Assembly: GCA_001001375.1 (NCBI GenBank)
Contig: LCNU01000001.1
Location: forward strand, 1 to 44,744
Origin: Candidatus Amesbacteria bacterium GW2011_GWC1_47_15
GTDB taxonomy: Bacteria > Patescibacteriota > Microgenomatia > CAZETR01 > Amesbacteraceae
DNA length: 44,744 bases
Direction: 5' to 3'
Under the pieces are notes generated by a model. The model was not told the origin of the DNA, did no database searches, and saw only the letters and a program-made list of their open reading frames with translations. Shown piece by piece: positions 35,830-44,264 of this stretch; position 1 is the first letter of the stretch; each line of letters starts with the position of its first letter. The translations under genes were made by a program, and so were the position numbers.

Positions 35830-37143
35830 ATGCCGTTTTATTCCCCTCCATCGGGTCATAAAGGTCCGTCCCCTTCAAATCAGCCTTCTCCCGGATTGGA
35901 AAAAGTCGAAAAGCTTTTGGACGAGGTCACCGGGAGGCTGGATCAATTGGAAAAACAGAAGGAAAAACTCAACGAGCTTCGCGATCAGTACCTGGAAAAA
36001 CTGGAGAAGGCCTCAGGTCTTTCCCGTCAGGAAGCTCGGGAAATTATTCTGGAGGAAGCCCAAAAGTACTATTCAGCCGATCTGGCTAAAATTATCGAGC
36101 AGACTCATCAGGACTATCAGGCCAGGGGTGACGAGTTAGCCCGGGAAATAATCATTTCTTCAATGCTCCACGGAGCGACAGACTATACCGCCGAATATAC
36201 TGTTTCCACGGTCACCTTGCCCAACGAAGGGGTCAAAGGTAGTATTATTGGTAAAGAAGGCCGCAATATTGCTGCCTTCGAAAAGGCCACCGGGGTGGAG
36301 ATCGAGATTGAGGAAGGCAATACCTTGCGGCTTTCATCATTCGATCCCATCCGACGGGAAATCGCCCGAAGAAGCTTGGAATTCCTCATCAAGGACAGCC
36401 GCATCACTCCTTCTCGTATTGAAGAAATAGTCTCTCAGACCCGAAAGTCTCTTGACAACATTTTGGTAGACGAAGGCCGTAAAATATGTGCCGCTTGCGG
36501 GGTCTATAATTTGCATCCGGATTTGGTAAAGACCATCGGTCGCTATCGTTTTCGTTTCTCATACGGCCAGAATTTAGGGATCCATACTATTGAAGAGACC
36601 AAAATAGGAGTTCAGATTGCTCACGAACTGAGCATGTCCGAGGACCAAATCCAGCTGGTCCGTCTTGGATGTCTCTTACATGATATCGGCAAAGTGGTTA
36701 CTGATGAAGAAGGGACTCACGTCCAGCTCGGTGTCCAGCTGCTAAAAAAATTCGATCTGCCGGATTTGGCTGTCAATGCTGTGGCAGAACATCATGAAGA
36801 TAAGCCATTTTCTTCAAACATCTCCCGCATTGTCTGGGTATCCGATGCTATTTCCGGTTCCCGTCCGGGTGCCCGTTACGAACCCCACGAGGCATACGTC
36901 AAGCGGTTGAAACAAATAGAAGAAATCGGCAGAGCGTTTCCCGAAGTTTCAGAGGTTTACGCTTTTCAGGCTGGCCGTGATGTCCGGGTCCTAGTCAAAC
37001 CGGAAATGATTTCCGATTCAGAACTCACTCTTCTGGTTTCCAAAATCAAACAAAAATTGGAGAAAGAAGCCCAATATGTAGGCCAAATAAAAGTAACGGG
37101 AATCCGGGAAGTCCGCGCCACAGATATCACCAAAGCGAAATAA
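35830..37143 (+). CDS. rny: Ribonuclease Y lacking the N-terminal membrane anchor
   Basis: KH domain KGSIIGKEGRNI..FE..TGVE, LSSFDPIRRE, SYGQN, HD domain LLHDIGK, DAISGSRPGAR, AFQAGRDVRV. Confidence 0.95.
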   Translation: MPFYSPPSGHKGPSPSNQPSPGLEKVEKLLDEVTGRLDQLEKQKEKLNELRDQYLEKLEKASGLSRQEAREIILEEAQKYYSADLAKIIEQTHQDYQARGDELAREIIISSMLHGATDYTAEYTVSTVTLPNEGVKGSIIGKEGRNIAAFEKATGVEIEIEEGNTLRLSSFDPIRREIARRSLEFLIKDSRITPSRIEEIVSQTRKSLDNILVDEGRKICAACGVYNLHPDLVKTIGRYRFRFSYGQNLGIHTIEETKIGVQIAHELSMSEDQIQLVRLGCLLHDIGKVVTDEEGTHVQLGVQLLKKFDLPDLAVNAVAEHHEDKPFSSNISRIVWVSDAISGSRPGARYEPHEAYVKRLKQIEEIGRAFPEVSEVYAFQAGRDVRVLVKPEMISDSELTLLVSKIKQKLEKEAQYVGQIKVTGIREVRATDITKAK

Positions 37144-37214
37144 ATCCCTTTGCTTCTTGACAAGTTTGGCTGGTTATAATAATTTGGCCTTAACAATGGG
37201 AATATTTATTGGAG

Positions 37215-37224
37215 AGGAGGTGAT
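37215..37224 (+). promoter_or_regulatory. Strong Shine-Dalgarno AGGAGGTGAT of the HU gene
   Basis: Full complement of the canonical anti-SD, 6 nt before GTG 37231. Confidence 0.75.
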
Positions 37225-37230
37225 TAGCAA

Positions 37231-37503
37231 GTGACTAAACAGCAGATGTTTGAGATAGTGGCCCGAAAAGCGCATTTGACCAAAAAGGGTGCGCGGGAGG
37301 CGGTGGAAACATTTCTGGACGAAGTAAAAAAAGCTCTTGGAAAAGGTGAAAAAGTCGTCCTGTCCGGTTTTGGAACTTTCAAAGTTACTCAGGTTAAAGA
37401 CAAACCGGTTATTATTCCGCGGACAAAAGAAAGAAAAATTGTCAAAGGCCATCGTGTTGCCCGCTTTACCCCGGGTAAGACTTTGAGAAAAGCCGTAAAA
37501 TAA
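37231..37503 (+). CDS. hup: HU/IHF-family nucleoid DNA-binding protein
   Basis: TK.Q...VA.KA.LTKK.A..AV..F...V..AL.KGEKV.LSGFGTF, ARFTPGK.LR.AVK. Confidence 0.92.
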   Translation: MTKQQMFEIVARKAHLTKKGAREAVETFLDEVKKALGKGEKVVLSGFGTFKVTQVKDKPVIIPRTKERKIVKGHRVARFTPGKTLRKAVK

Positions 37504-37542
37504 CTTTTCTCGGGTTGTTATAGATATTTTTGATTTCGTTCC

Positions 37543-37569
37543 AAAAACGAGGTTCCCGCCTCGTTTTTT
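37543..37569 (+). terminator. Intrinsic terminator after hup (possibly bidirectional)
   Basis: AAAAACGAGG-ttcccg-CCTCGTTTTTT. Confidence 0.8.
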
Positions 37570-37595
37570 GTTTCGTTGCAGATTAAAATCTTTAT

Positions 37596-38387
37596 ATGCG
37601 TAAATACTGGTTTATTATGAAACTGGCCTGGCAAAGCTCCCTGGTATATCGGGGGGAAAGGATTGTCTGGTTGTTACTGGAAATCGCTCCCGCGGTGCTT
37701 ATGATAAATCTTTGGCAGAGTCTGCTTCGCAGTGGGCGGATTGACCAATCACAGTTCAGTTTCTTGTCTGCTTATTACCTCGTCAATGTTTTTATTTCCC
37801 GCGTATCGGGTGTAAATCTGGAAGATAAGCTGATAGACGATATTAAAGACGGTAGGATAAGCAATTACCTGCTCAAACCTCTCTCCCTGCCTCTTTCGCT
37901 TTTTGCCCAGGAAAGTTCCTGGAGGATTACCGCTGCTTTATATCTGCTTCCTCTGATGCCCTTTTTTCTGCCGCTTATCGGTTCCTTTACCGGCCTGGGG
38001 GTTACTCACTGGCAGGGTATATTTTTTGGGCTTTTTATTTTGCTCTCGTTTCTCCAGAAATATTTCGTTGCCTGGATAATTGGTCTTACCGCATTTTGGA
38101 TCGACGAATCCAAATCCCTGGTCCACGCCAGATGGATGGCGGAAGGTATCTTTGGCGGTATCTGGCTGCCTCTAACCTTTTTTCCTGTATGGTGGCAAAA
38201 AATAGCTTCCTTTAGCCCGTTTTATATTTGGTATTATTTCCCGGCCCGTTTGCTTTTGGACCCTTTTCCTATACCACAAATAATAAAAGGAATGACTGTC
38301 GCTATTATATGGACGCTTCTGCTATATCTGTTTGCCCGTTTTATCTGGAGCCGGGCAAAATTTCATTATTCCGCCGTTGGGGGTTAA
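37596..38387 (+). CDS. ABC-2 family (DUF990-type) permease, A-type copy 1
   Basis: About 6 TM; DIKDGRISNYLLKP, AFW, GG..LPL.FFP.W, C-terminal YSAVGG. Confidence 0.88.
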   Translation: MRKYWFIMKLAWQSSLVYRGERIVWLLLEIAPAVLMINLWQSLLRSGRIDQSQFSFLSAYYLVNVFISRVSGVNLEDKLIDDIKDGRISNYLLKPLSLPLSLFAQESSWRITAALYLLPLMPFFLPLIGSFTGLGVTHWQGIFFGLFILLSFLQKYFVAWIIGLTAFWIDESKSLVHARWMAEGIFGGIWLPLTFFPVWWQKIASFSPFYIWYYFPARLLLDPFPIPQIIKGMTVAIIWTLLLYLFARFIWSRAKFHYSAVGG

Positions 38388-39176
38388 ATGATAAAATACT
38401 TTTCCCTTTTCAAAAAATTCCTGGCTGTTTCCTGGATGCTCGCAATGGAATACCGCTCCGACTTTTTCATCTATACAGCCATAGATATAGTTTGGACAAT
38501 TTTAGATGTCGTATTTTTCTCGGTTCTGCTTTCCAATACACAGGTTATCGGTGACTGGAATTACGGCCAGGCGTTGGTCGCATTGGGTATTTTCCGTATT
38601 CTTTCCATATCTGTCTGGAGTTGGCTGTATTCGTCGTTCTCCCAACTTCCTCGGCTTATTTCCGAAGGCCGGCTGGATTTCTATTTGACCAAACCTGTTG
38701 ATTCACAGTTTCTGATTTCGGTTTCTCGTTTTTCTTTCAGCGGCTTAGCCTCGTTTGTCTCCGGAACGTTTATTATTATTGCCGGGTTAAACCGGCTTGG
38801 TCAGCATCTTTCAGTCTGGCAATTGTTTGCTGTCATCTGGTTGGGATTAGTAGCAACGGTTCTCATCTATGCTGTTTACTTCTTTTCTCTTTTCCCGTCA
38901 TTTTTTGCCGAGAGGATCAATAATATTCAACATGTTTTTTCCAATATTTATGATGCTACGAAATATCCTCCGCAAATTTATTCTCCCTTCTGGTCGCGGA
39001 TTCTGACTTCTGTTTTTCCATTAGCCTTAATGATTTCAGTTCCCGCGGATTTTCTCTTTGGCCGGGCTTCCTGGCAGCTATTATTCTGGTTTCATTTATT
39101 GACTCTCGCTTTCTTGTTTGCGGGCCGCTATCTCTGGCTTGCGGGTCTGCGCCGCTACTCCTCCGCCTCCTCCTAA
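38388..39176 (+). CDS. ABC-2 family (DUF990-type) permease, B-type copy 1
   Basis: IGDWNY, ISEGRLDFYLTKPVD, KYPPQIY, C-terminal RRYSSASS. Confidence 0.88.
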   Translation: MIKYFSLFKKFLAVSWMLAMEYRSDFFIYTAIDIVWTILDVVFFSVLLSNTQVIGDWNYGQALVALGIFRILSISVWSWLYSSFSQLPRLISEGRLDFYLTKPVDSQFLISVSRFSFSGLASFVSGTFIIIAGLNRLGQHLSVWQLFAVIWLGLVATVLIYAVYFFSLFPSFFAERINNIQHVFSNIYDATKYPPQIYSPFWSRILTSVFPLALMISVPADFLFGRASWQLLFWFHLLTLAFLFAGRYLWLAGLRRYSSASS

Positions 39177-39266
39177 ACCTCCTATGCAATTTCTACTTCT
39201 TTAAAAGGATACTCCTTTAACGAGTCTCCTTTTTAGCTGTCGGGCAGTATGGCGTAAAATTAACTT

Positions 39267-40055
39267 GTGCACAAAACCCTGGTTCTTATCCGCACCCATC
39301 TTTCCGACGCCCTTTCCTACCGGGGGGATATTTTTCTTTATACCATCGCCAATATAATCCAACCCTTGGTTCTGATAGCTATCTGGCTGGCCATCGGCGC
39401 TTCTGGGGGTAGTCTGCCTCTTCCGCAGGTGCAGCTGGTTCAATATTATCTGCTGGGTATGTTCATCCAGATATTTACCGGAGCCTGGGCTTCGCCTTTT
39501 CTTTCCCGCGATATCCGTCTGGGCGGGCTTTCCCCCTTTCTGGTCAAACCCTTGACCGTCCTGCAGTTCCAGATCGGCCAGAACTTGGCGGAAAAGCTGT
39601 TCAAGACTCTCTACACCCTCCCCGTTATAATCTTTCTTTTCCTGGTTTCCTCCACCACTTTTCCGGCCGCCGGTCCCCTGATTATTTTATTTTTCTTCGC
39701 TGCCATTCTGCTGGCCGGCATATTTTTGTTTTTTGCCGATTTGTGTATCGGACTGTCTGCCTTCTGGTTGGAGGATGCACTTTCGCTGCGGGAATTTTAT
39801 GACTTCACCCGTTATTTGTTCTCCGGGCGTCTATTTCCTCTGGTCGCACTACCCCTGTGGCTCCGGTCGGCGGCTGTCATTCTGCCGTTCCGCTATACCC
39901 ACTCTTTTCCTCTGGAAATTATTTTAAATCAGCTTACTCCCGTTCAGATGGCCATCGGCTTTGGCTATCAGCTCATTTGGGTCATCGCCGTTGTCCTTCT
40001 TTACCATCAGCTTTGGCACCGGGGTTTAAAAGTTTACTCTGCCTCCGGCGCCTGA
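39267..40055 (+). CDS. ABC-2 family (DUF990-type) permease, A-type copy 2
   Basis: DIRLGGLSPFLVKP, AFW, SGRLFPL..LP.W, C-terminal YSASGA. Confidence 0.88.
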   Translation: MHKTLVLIRTHLSDALSYRGDIFLYTIANIIQPLVLIAIWLAIGASGGSLPLPQVQLVQYYLLGMFIQIFTGAWASPFLSRDIRLGGLSPFLVKPLTVLQFQIGQNLAEKLFKTLYTLPVIIFLFLVSSTTFPAAGPLIILFFFAAILLAGIFLFFADLCIGLSAFWLEDALSLREFYDFTRYLFSGRLFPLVALPLWLRSAAVILPFRYTHSFPLEIILNQLTPVQMAIGFGYQLIWVIAVVLLYHQLWHRGLKVYSASGA

Positions 40056-40059
40056 AACC

Positions 40060-40848
40060 ATGCGCAGGTATTTCAGACTTCTATATTTCTTGGCCAAAAA
40101 TAATCTGGCCCGTGAATTCGAATTCCGCAGTTACCTGGTCATCAGGTGGCTGACGGATCTTATCTGGGTCGCCCTGCAGTTGATCTTGATCGTGGTCTTC
40201 TTCTCCTTCTCTCCCCAGATCCTGGGCTGGAACAGATACGAAATATTTATGTTTACCGGCCTGTTCCGCGTCATCAAAGGCGTTTTCGACACCTTTGCCA
40301 GAAGAAATATTCATTATCTGCCGGAAAATATCAATCGGGGAGATCTGGATTATGCTCTCACCCGCCCGGTCAACTCTCTGTTCCTCATGAGTTTCCGCTA
40401 TCATGCCCTGGGTGAGACCTCCTCCGTCGTTTCCGGTTTTATTATCTTTATATGGGCTTTTTCCCAATTGGGATCCGGGATCGGTTTAATCCAAATCGTC
40501 TCCCTGCTGGTCCTGATCATTACCGGAGTCATTATCCTGTATTGTCTGGTATTGGGATTTGCCATTCTCTCCTTTTTCACCACCCGCCTTACCGCCTTGA
40601 GTTCTTACTATGAGGTCCTTTCAAACACTTTGCGCTTTCCCACCGATATTTATCACCGCTACCACCCGTTGTTGGATGTGATTTTGTTGCCTCTGGTATT
40701 TGCCGTCACCTTCCCCACAAAAATATTTCTCAACCGGCTCCCGGCTGCGTTTCTGTTTCTGCAAATACTTGCCGCCGCGATCACTCTATTTTTGGTTTAC
40801 CGTTTCTGGCATTTCGCCCTCCGCCATTATTCCTCCGCCTCCTCCTGA
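40060..40848 (+). CDS. ABC-2 family (DUF990-type) permease, B-type copy 2
   Basis: ILGWNRYE, INRGDLDYALTRPVN, RFPTDIY, C-terminal RHYSSASS. Confidence 0.88.
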   Translation: MRRYFRLLYFLAKNNLAREFEFRSYLVIRWLTDLIWVALQLILIVVFFSFSPQILGWNRYEIFMFTGLFRVIKGVFDTFARRNIHYLPENINRGDLDYALTRPVNSLFLMSFRYHALGETSSVVSGFIIFIWAFSQLGSGIGLIQIVSLLVLIITGVIILYCLVLGFAILSFFTTRLTALSSYYEVLSNTLRFPTDIYHRYHPLLDVILLPLVFAVTFPTKIFLNRLPAAFLFLQILAAAITLFLVYRFWHFALRHYSSASS

Positions 40849-40865
40849 AACGGTACAATCAACAG

Positions 40866-41636
40866 GTGAAGAAATACCTGGTCCTCTTTTCCCAGCAATT
40901 TTCGGAATTCTCTGCCTATCGCGCTCATCTACTGATAACTCTCGTGGAGGGTTTTATTACCCCCTTGTTTTTGATTGTTGCCCTTTCATTTGCCCGCCCT
41001 ACTTCGGGCATTACTGCCGCCTCTCTTGTCCCCTATTTCCTGCTTATCGCCTTTATTTACCCTCTGATCCGCTCCCGTGTAGACGAACAGATAGACGAAA
41101 TGACCCTATCTGGAGAAGTCAACAACTTTCTTGTCCGCCCTCTCTCCTTTTATAAGTTTATGCTAACCCGTGAGTTTTCATGGAAGCTGGTCACGCTGGC
41201 TGTCGTCTTCCCTTTCCTTTTGCTGGCATTGATGTACTTTTCCCCCTCCGGGGAAATCAGTCTCTCTCTGGTTTCAGTAGCTTATGCAGTAATCGCTTCA
41301 TTTACAGCTTTTTTCCTTGCCTTTAACTTTAGTTATCTAATTGGCTTGACTGCTTTTTGGGTAGATGAATTTTGGGCGCTCCACAATATCAAACATGTCG
41401 TCTTCAATTTATTAAGCGGTGTTATCCTGCCGTATTCTTTTTTCCCGGACTGGTTCCAAAATACCCTTAAGTATTCGCCATTTTATTATATGACCAACTG
41501 GCCGGTGCGCATTCTCCAGGGGCAGGGGAGTGTCCAGCAGCTGATCCCTGCTCTAATTTGGACTGCCTTCTTGGGTGTTCTGGTTCAGTTGGTACAAAAC
41601 GCAGCTATTAATAAATACTCCTTTACCGGAGGATGA
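40866..41636 (+). CDS. ABC-2 family (DUF990-type) permease, A-type copy 3
   Basis: SGEVNNFLVRP, AFWVDE, SGVILPYSFFPDW, C-terminal YSFTGG. Confidence 0.88.
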   Translation: MKKYLVLFSQQFSEFSAYRAHLLITLVEGFITPLFLIVALSFARPTSGITAASLVPYFLLIAFIYPLIRSRVDEQIDEMTLSGEVNNFLVRPLSFYKFMLTREFSWKLVTLAVVFPFLLLALMYFSPSGEISLSLVSVAYAVIASFTAFFLAFNFSYLIGLTAFWVDEFWALHNIKHVVFNLLSGVILPYSFFPDWFQNTLKYSPFYYMTNWPVRILQGQGSVQQLIPALIWTAFLGVLVQLVQNAAINKYSFTGG

Positions 41637-42439
41637 ATATGCTCAAGGATTTGAAAAAATATTCGCGCATTTTCCTGGCGTTTCAAACCGCCGGACTGGC
41701 TAAGGATTTGAGCTTGCGCTTTAATCTCCTGATTTCCCTTTCCGGGTCGCTCTGTTTTTTCTATCTGCACCTCATCACTTTCGCATTGGTAATCAACCGT
41801 TTTAATTTTCCCGGCTGGTCGCAAGGGGAAATCTGGGTTATGCTGTTTACCTTCCAGGTATTTACTTATTTGTGTTTTTACTTGTTTTGGCGCGGTTTGG
41901 TCCATACTCCCCGGGATATTAGAAGTGGCACTTTCGATGTTATTCTTTCCAAACCTGTCAATTCCCGCTTTCTATCATTGATTAGAAACGGCAGTGCCCA
42001 TAACTGGATATCAGCCCTTTTGAGCATTATTTATTTGATTCTCTCCGTTAGCCGTTACCATCTTGATGTCACTCCTGTGGGCGTAATATTATTTGTTGTT
42101 TTCCTTTTATTCAGTCTCTGGTTGTTCCACTGTTTTTCTTCGCTGTTAATCACTCTCAATTTTAAATACGGCTTTCTCCCCGGTACTTCCGCCGCCGCTT
42201 TTGAGATCCAGGAAGTATTTAAATATCCCGCCGGCATCTTCTCCACCCGCTCTCTCTGGATCTGGTTGTTGGTAATTCCTTTTTCCCTACTTACCACTCT
42301 GCCAGCTTCTGCTCTCCTTCTCAAGCCTTTGTCTGCCAACCTGCTTATATTTTATGTGTTTATATTGGCTTTTTTTACTTTCGCCGCGGATCAAGCCTGG
42401 AACTCATCACTGCGTCATTATTCATCTGCCAGTTCATGA
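41633..42439 (+). CDS. ABC-2 family (DUF990-type) permease, B-type copy 3
   Basis: FPGWSQGE, IRSGTFDVILSKPVN, KYPAGIF, C-terminal RHYSSASS; ATGA overlap with A3. Confidence 0.88.
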   Translation: MNMLKDLKKYSRIFLAFQTAGLAKDLSLRFNLLISLSGSLCFFYLHLITFALVINRFNFPGWSQGEIWVMLFTFQVFTYLCFYLFWRGLVHTPRDIRSGTFDVILSKPVNSRFLSLIRNGSAHNWISALLSIIYLILSVSRYHLDVTPVGVILFVVFLLFSLWLFHCFSSLLITLNFKYGFLPGTSAAAFEIQEVFKYPAGIFSTRSLWIWLLVIPFSLLTTLPASALLLKPLSANLLIFYVFILAFFTFAADQAWNSSLRHYSSASS

Positions 42440-42469
42440 GTATTTAATGATAGAATTTAGTTATTCACT

Positions 42470-43453
42470 ATGCCCGTTATCCAGGTCCAAAATCTCAAAA
42501 AATACTACAAGGTCCATCAGAAGGAACCAGGACTTTCCGGCTCCATTCGCTCTCTTTTCAGTCGCAAATATTATGATGCCAAGGCTGTAGATGGCGTATC
42601 TTTTGATATCGGCGAAGGTGAGCTGGTAGGCTTTATCGGCCCAAACGGCGCTGGCAAGACTACGACCCTCAAGGTCCTTTCGGGCCTCCTCTATCCCACA
42701 TCAGGCACAGTATCTGTCTTGGGCTTCACTCCCTGGGACCGCAAGCCCGAGTTCCAAAAGCAGTTTTCTTTGGTCATGGGTCAGAAAAATCAGCTCTGGT
42801 GGGATTTACCCGCTATGGAGTCATTTATTCTCAACAAGGAAATCTACGAAGTACCTGACGCTCAATTCAAACAGACTTTGGATGAACTTGTTGAACTCTT
42901 GGAAGTAAAGGATTTTCTCAAAGTCCAGGTTAGGAAGCTTTCTCTGGGTCAGCGCATGAAAATGGAGCTCATCGCCGCTCTTATCCATTCCCCCAGGATT
43001 CTCTTTTTGGACGAGCCCACCATTGGCCTGGACGTGGTTATGCAGAAAAAAATGCGCGATTTTATCAAAGAGTACAACCAGCGCTTCAACTCTACTATAA
43101 TTCTCACCTCCCATTACATGGACGATGTCAAGGAACTCTGCGAGCGGGTAATTATTATCGACAAGGGCAGACTTCTCTTCGACGGGGCCTTGGCCGAGAT
43201 TATTAAAAAGTTTGCCAATCACAAACTCCTGACCGCCGTTTTCAGCGAAGAAGTTAATCGGGAAGATCTGGAAAAAATCGGCCAGGTCAAGGAATTCGAT
43301 TACCCCCGTGCGGTAATATCCGTCAAGCGCACTGTGGCTTCCCAAGCTGCCGCTCAACTGCTGCAGAACTTTCCGGTGGCCGATCTCAATATCGAAGAAC
43401 CGCAGATCGAGGACATCATTCGTGAAGTCTTTACGGGTAAAGACTTGGCGTAG
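42470..43453 (+). CDS. ABC transporter ATP-binding subunit
   Basis: Walker A GPNGAGKTT, GQKNQLWWDLPA, signature LSLGQR, Walker B LFLDEPTIGLD, H-loop TSHYM. Confidence 0.96.
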   Translation: MPVIQVQNLKKYYKVHQKEPGLSGSIRSLFSRKYYDAKAVDGVSFDIGEGELVGFIGPNGAGKTTTLKVLSGLLYPTSGTVSVLGFTPWDRKPEFQKQFSLVMGQKNQLWWDLPAMESFILNKEIYEVPDAQFKQTLDELVELLEVKDFLKVQVRKLSLGQRMKMELIAALIHSPRILFLDEPTIGLDVVMQKKMRDFIKEYNQRFNSTIILTSHYMDDVKELCERVIIIDKGRLLFDGALAEIIKKFANHKLLTAVFSEEVNREDLEKIGQVKEFDYPRAVISVKRTVASQAAAQLLQNFPVADLNIEEPQIEDIIREVFTGKDLA

Positions 43454-43462
43454 AATAAGCTA

Positions 43463-44263
43463 ATGCGCAAGTACCGGCTGATCTTCTCCCTTGCCTTTCA
43501 GAACGAGTTCATTTACCGCCTAAATTTCGTCCTCTGGCGCTTCAGAAATGTTCTGCGCGTCCTGCTCGCCTTCTTCCTTTGGAGTGTGGTCTTCACTGGC
43601 CGCGATACTGCCTTTGGCTATACCCGCCCCCAGATGCTGGGTTATGTCCTCTTCGTTCTCGTCATCCAGACGCTGGTCATGTCCGCCCCTTCAAACGACA
43701 ATGTTGGGGGTGAGATTGCCAATGGGGACCTAAGCAACTACCTGCTCAAGCCCGTCAGCTACCTCAAGTTCTGGTTCACCCGGGATCTGGCCAGTAAACT
43801 CCTGAATATTCTCTTTTCCGTCGGGGAAATCGTCCTTCTCTGGCTGTTGCTGCGCCCGGAAATTTACCTCTCCTTCCACCCCGTTTCCCTGCTCTTGGGA
43901 TTACTGTTATGGATTAGCGGCGTACTGATTTACTTCTTTCTCACCAAAATTGCCGTTTTTGCCGCTTTCTGGACACCGGAAAACACCTGGGGTTTTATGT
44001 TCGTAATTCTGGTTTTCATGGAAGTCCTCTCCGGCGCTATTTTTCCCCTGGACGTCCTGCCCGGTTGGGTGCAGTCCGCCCTGCAGTTCACCCCCTTTCC
44101 TTATCTGATTTATTACCCCATCGGCATTTTCGTGGACCGCTTCAGCCACGCCCATGCTTTGCGCCTTTTGGCCCAGTCTCTCATCTGGCTGGGTATAAGC
44201 ATCTGGCTTTCTTTGCGTGTCTGGCGTGCCGGGCTCAAAAATTATTCCGCCACCGGCCGTTGA
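43463..44263 (+). CDS. ABC-2 family (DUF990-type) permease, A-type copy 4
   Basis: EIANGDLSNYLLKP, AFW, SGAIFPLDVLP.W, C-terminal YSATGR. Confidence 0.88.
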   Translation: MRKYRLIFSLAFQNEFIYRLNFVLWRFRNVLRVLLAFFLWSVVFTGRDTAFGYTRPQMLGYVLFVLVIQTLVMSAPSNDNVGGEIANGDLSNYLLKPVSYLKFWFTRDLASKLLNILFSVGEIVLLWLLLRPEIYLSFHPVSLLLGLLLWISGVLIYFFLTKIAVFAAFWTPENTWGFMFVILVFMEVLSGAIFPLDVLPGWVQSALQFTPFPYLIYYPIGIFVDRFSHAHALRLLAQSLIWLGISIWLSLRVWRAGLKNYSATGR

Positions 44264-44264
44264 T

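Noticed and set aside
37157-37180. TTGACA plus TATAAT as a perfect hup promoter
   Set aside because: The spacer is only 12 nt; a promoter is likely here but the -35/-10 pairing cannot be assigned
39159-40846. Identical 16-mer TCCTCCGCCTCCTCCT at 39159-39174 and 40831-40846 as a recombination site
   Set aside because: Explained by the conserved SSASS C-terminus with common TCC/GCC codons; B3 encodes the same peptide with different DNA
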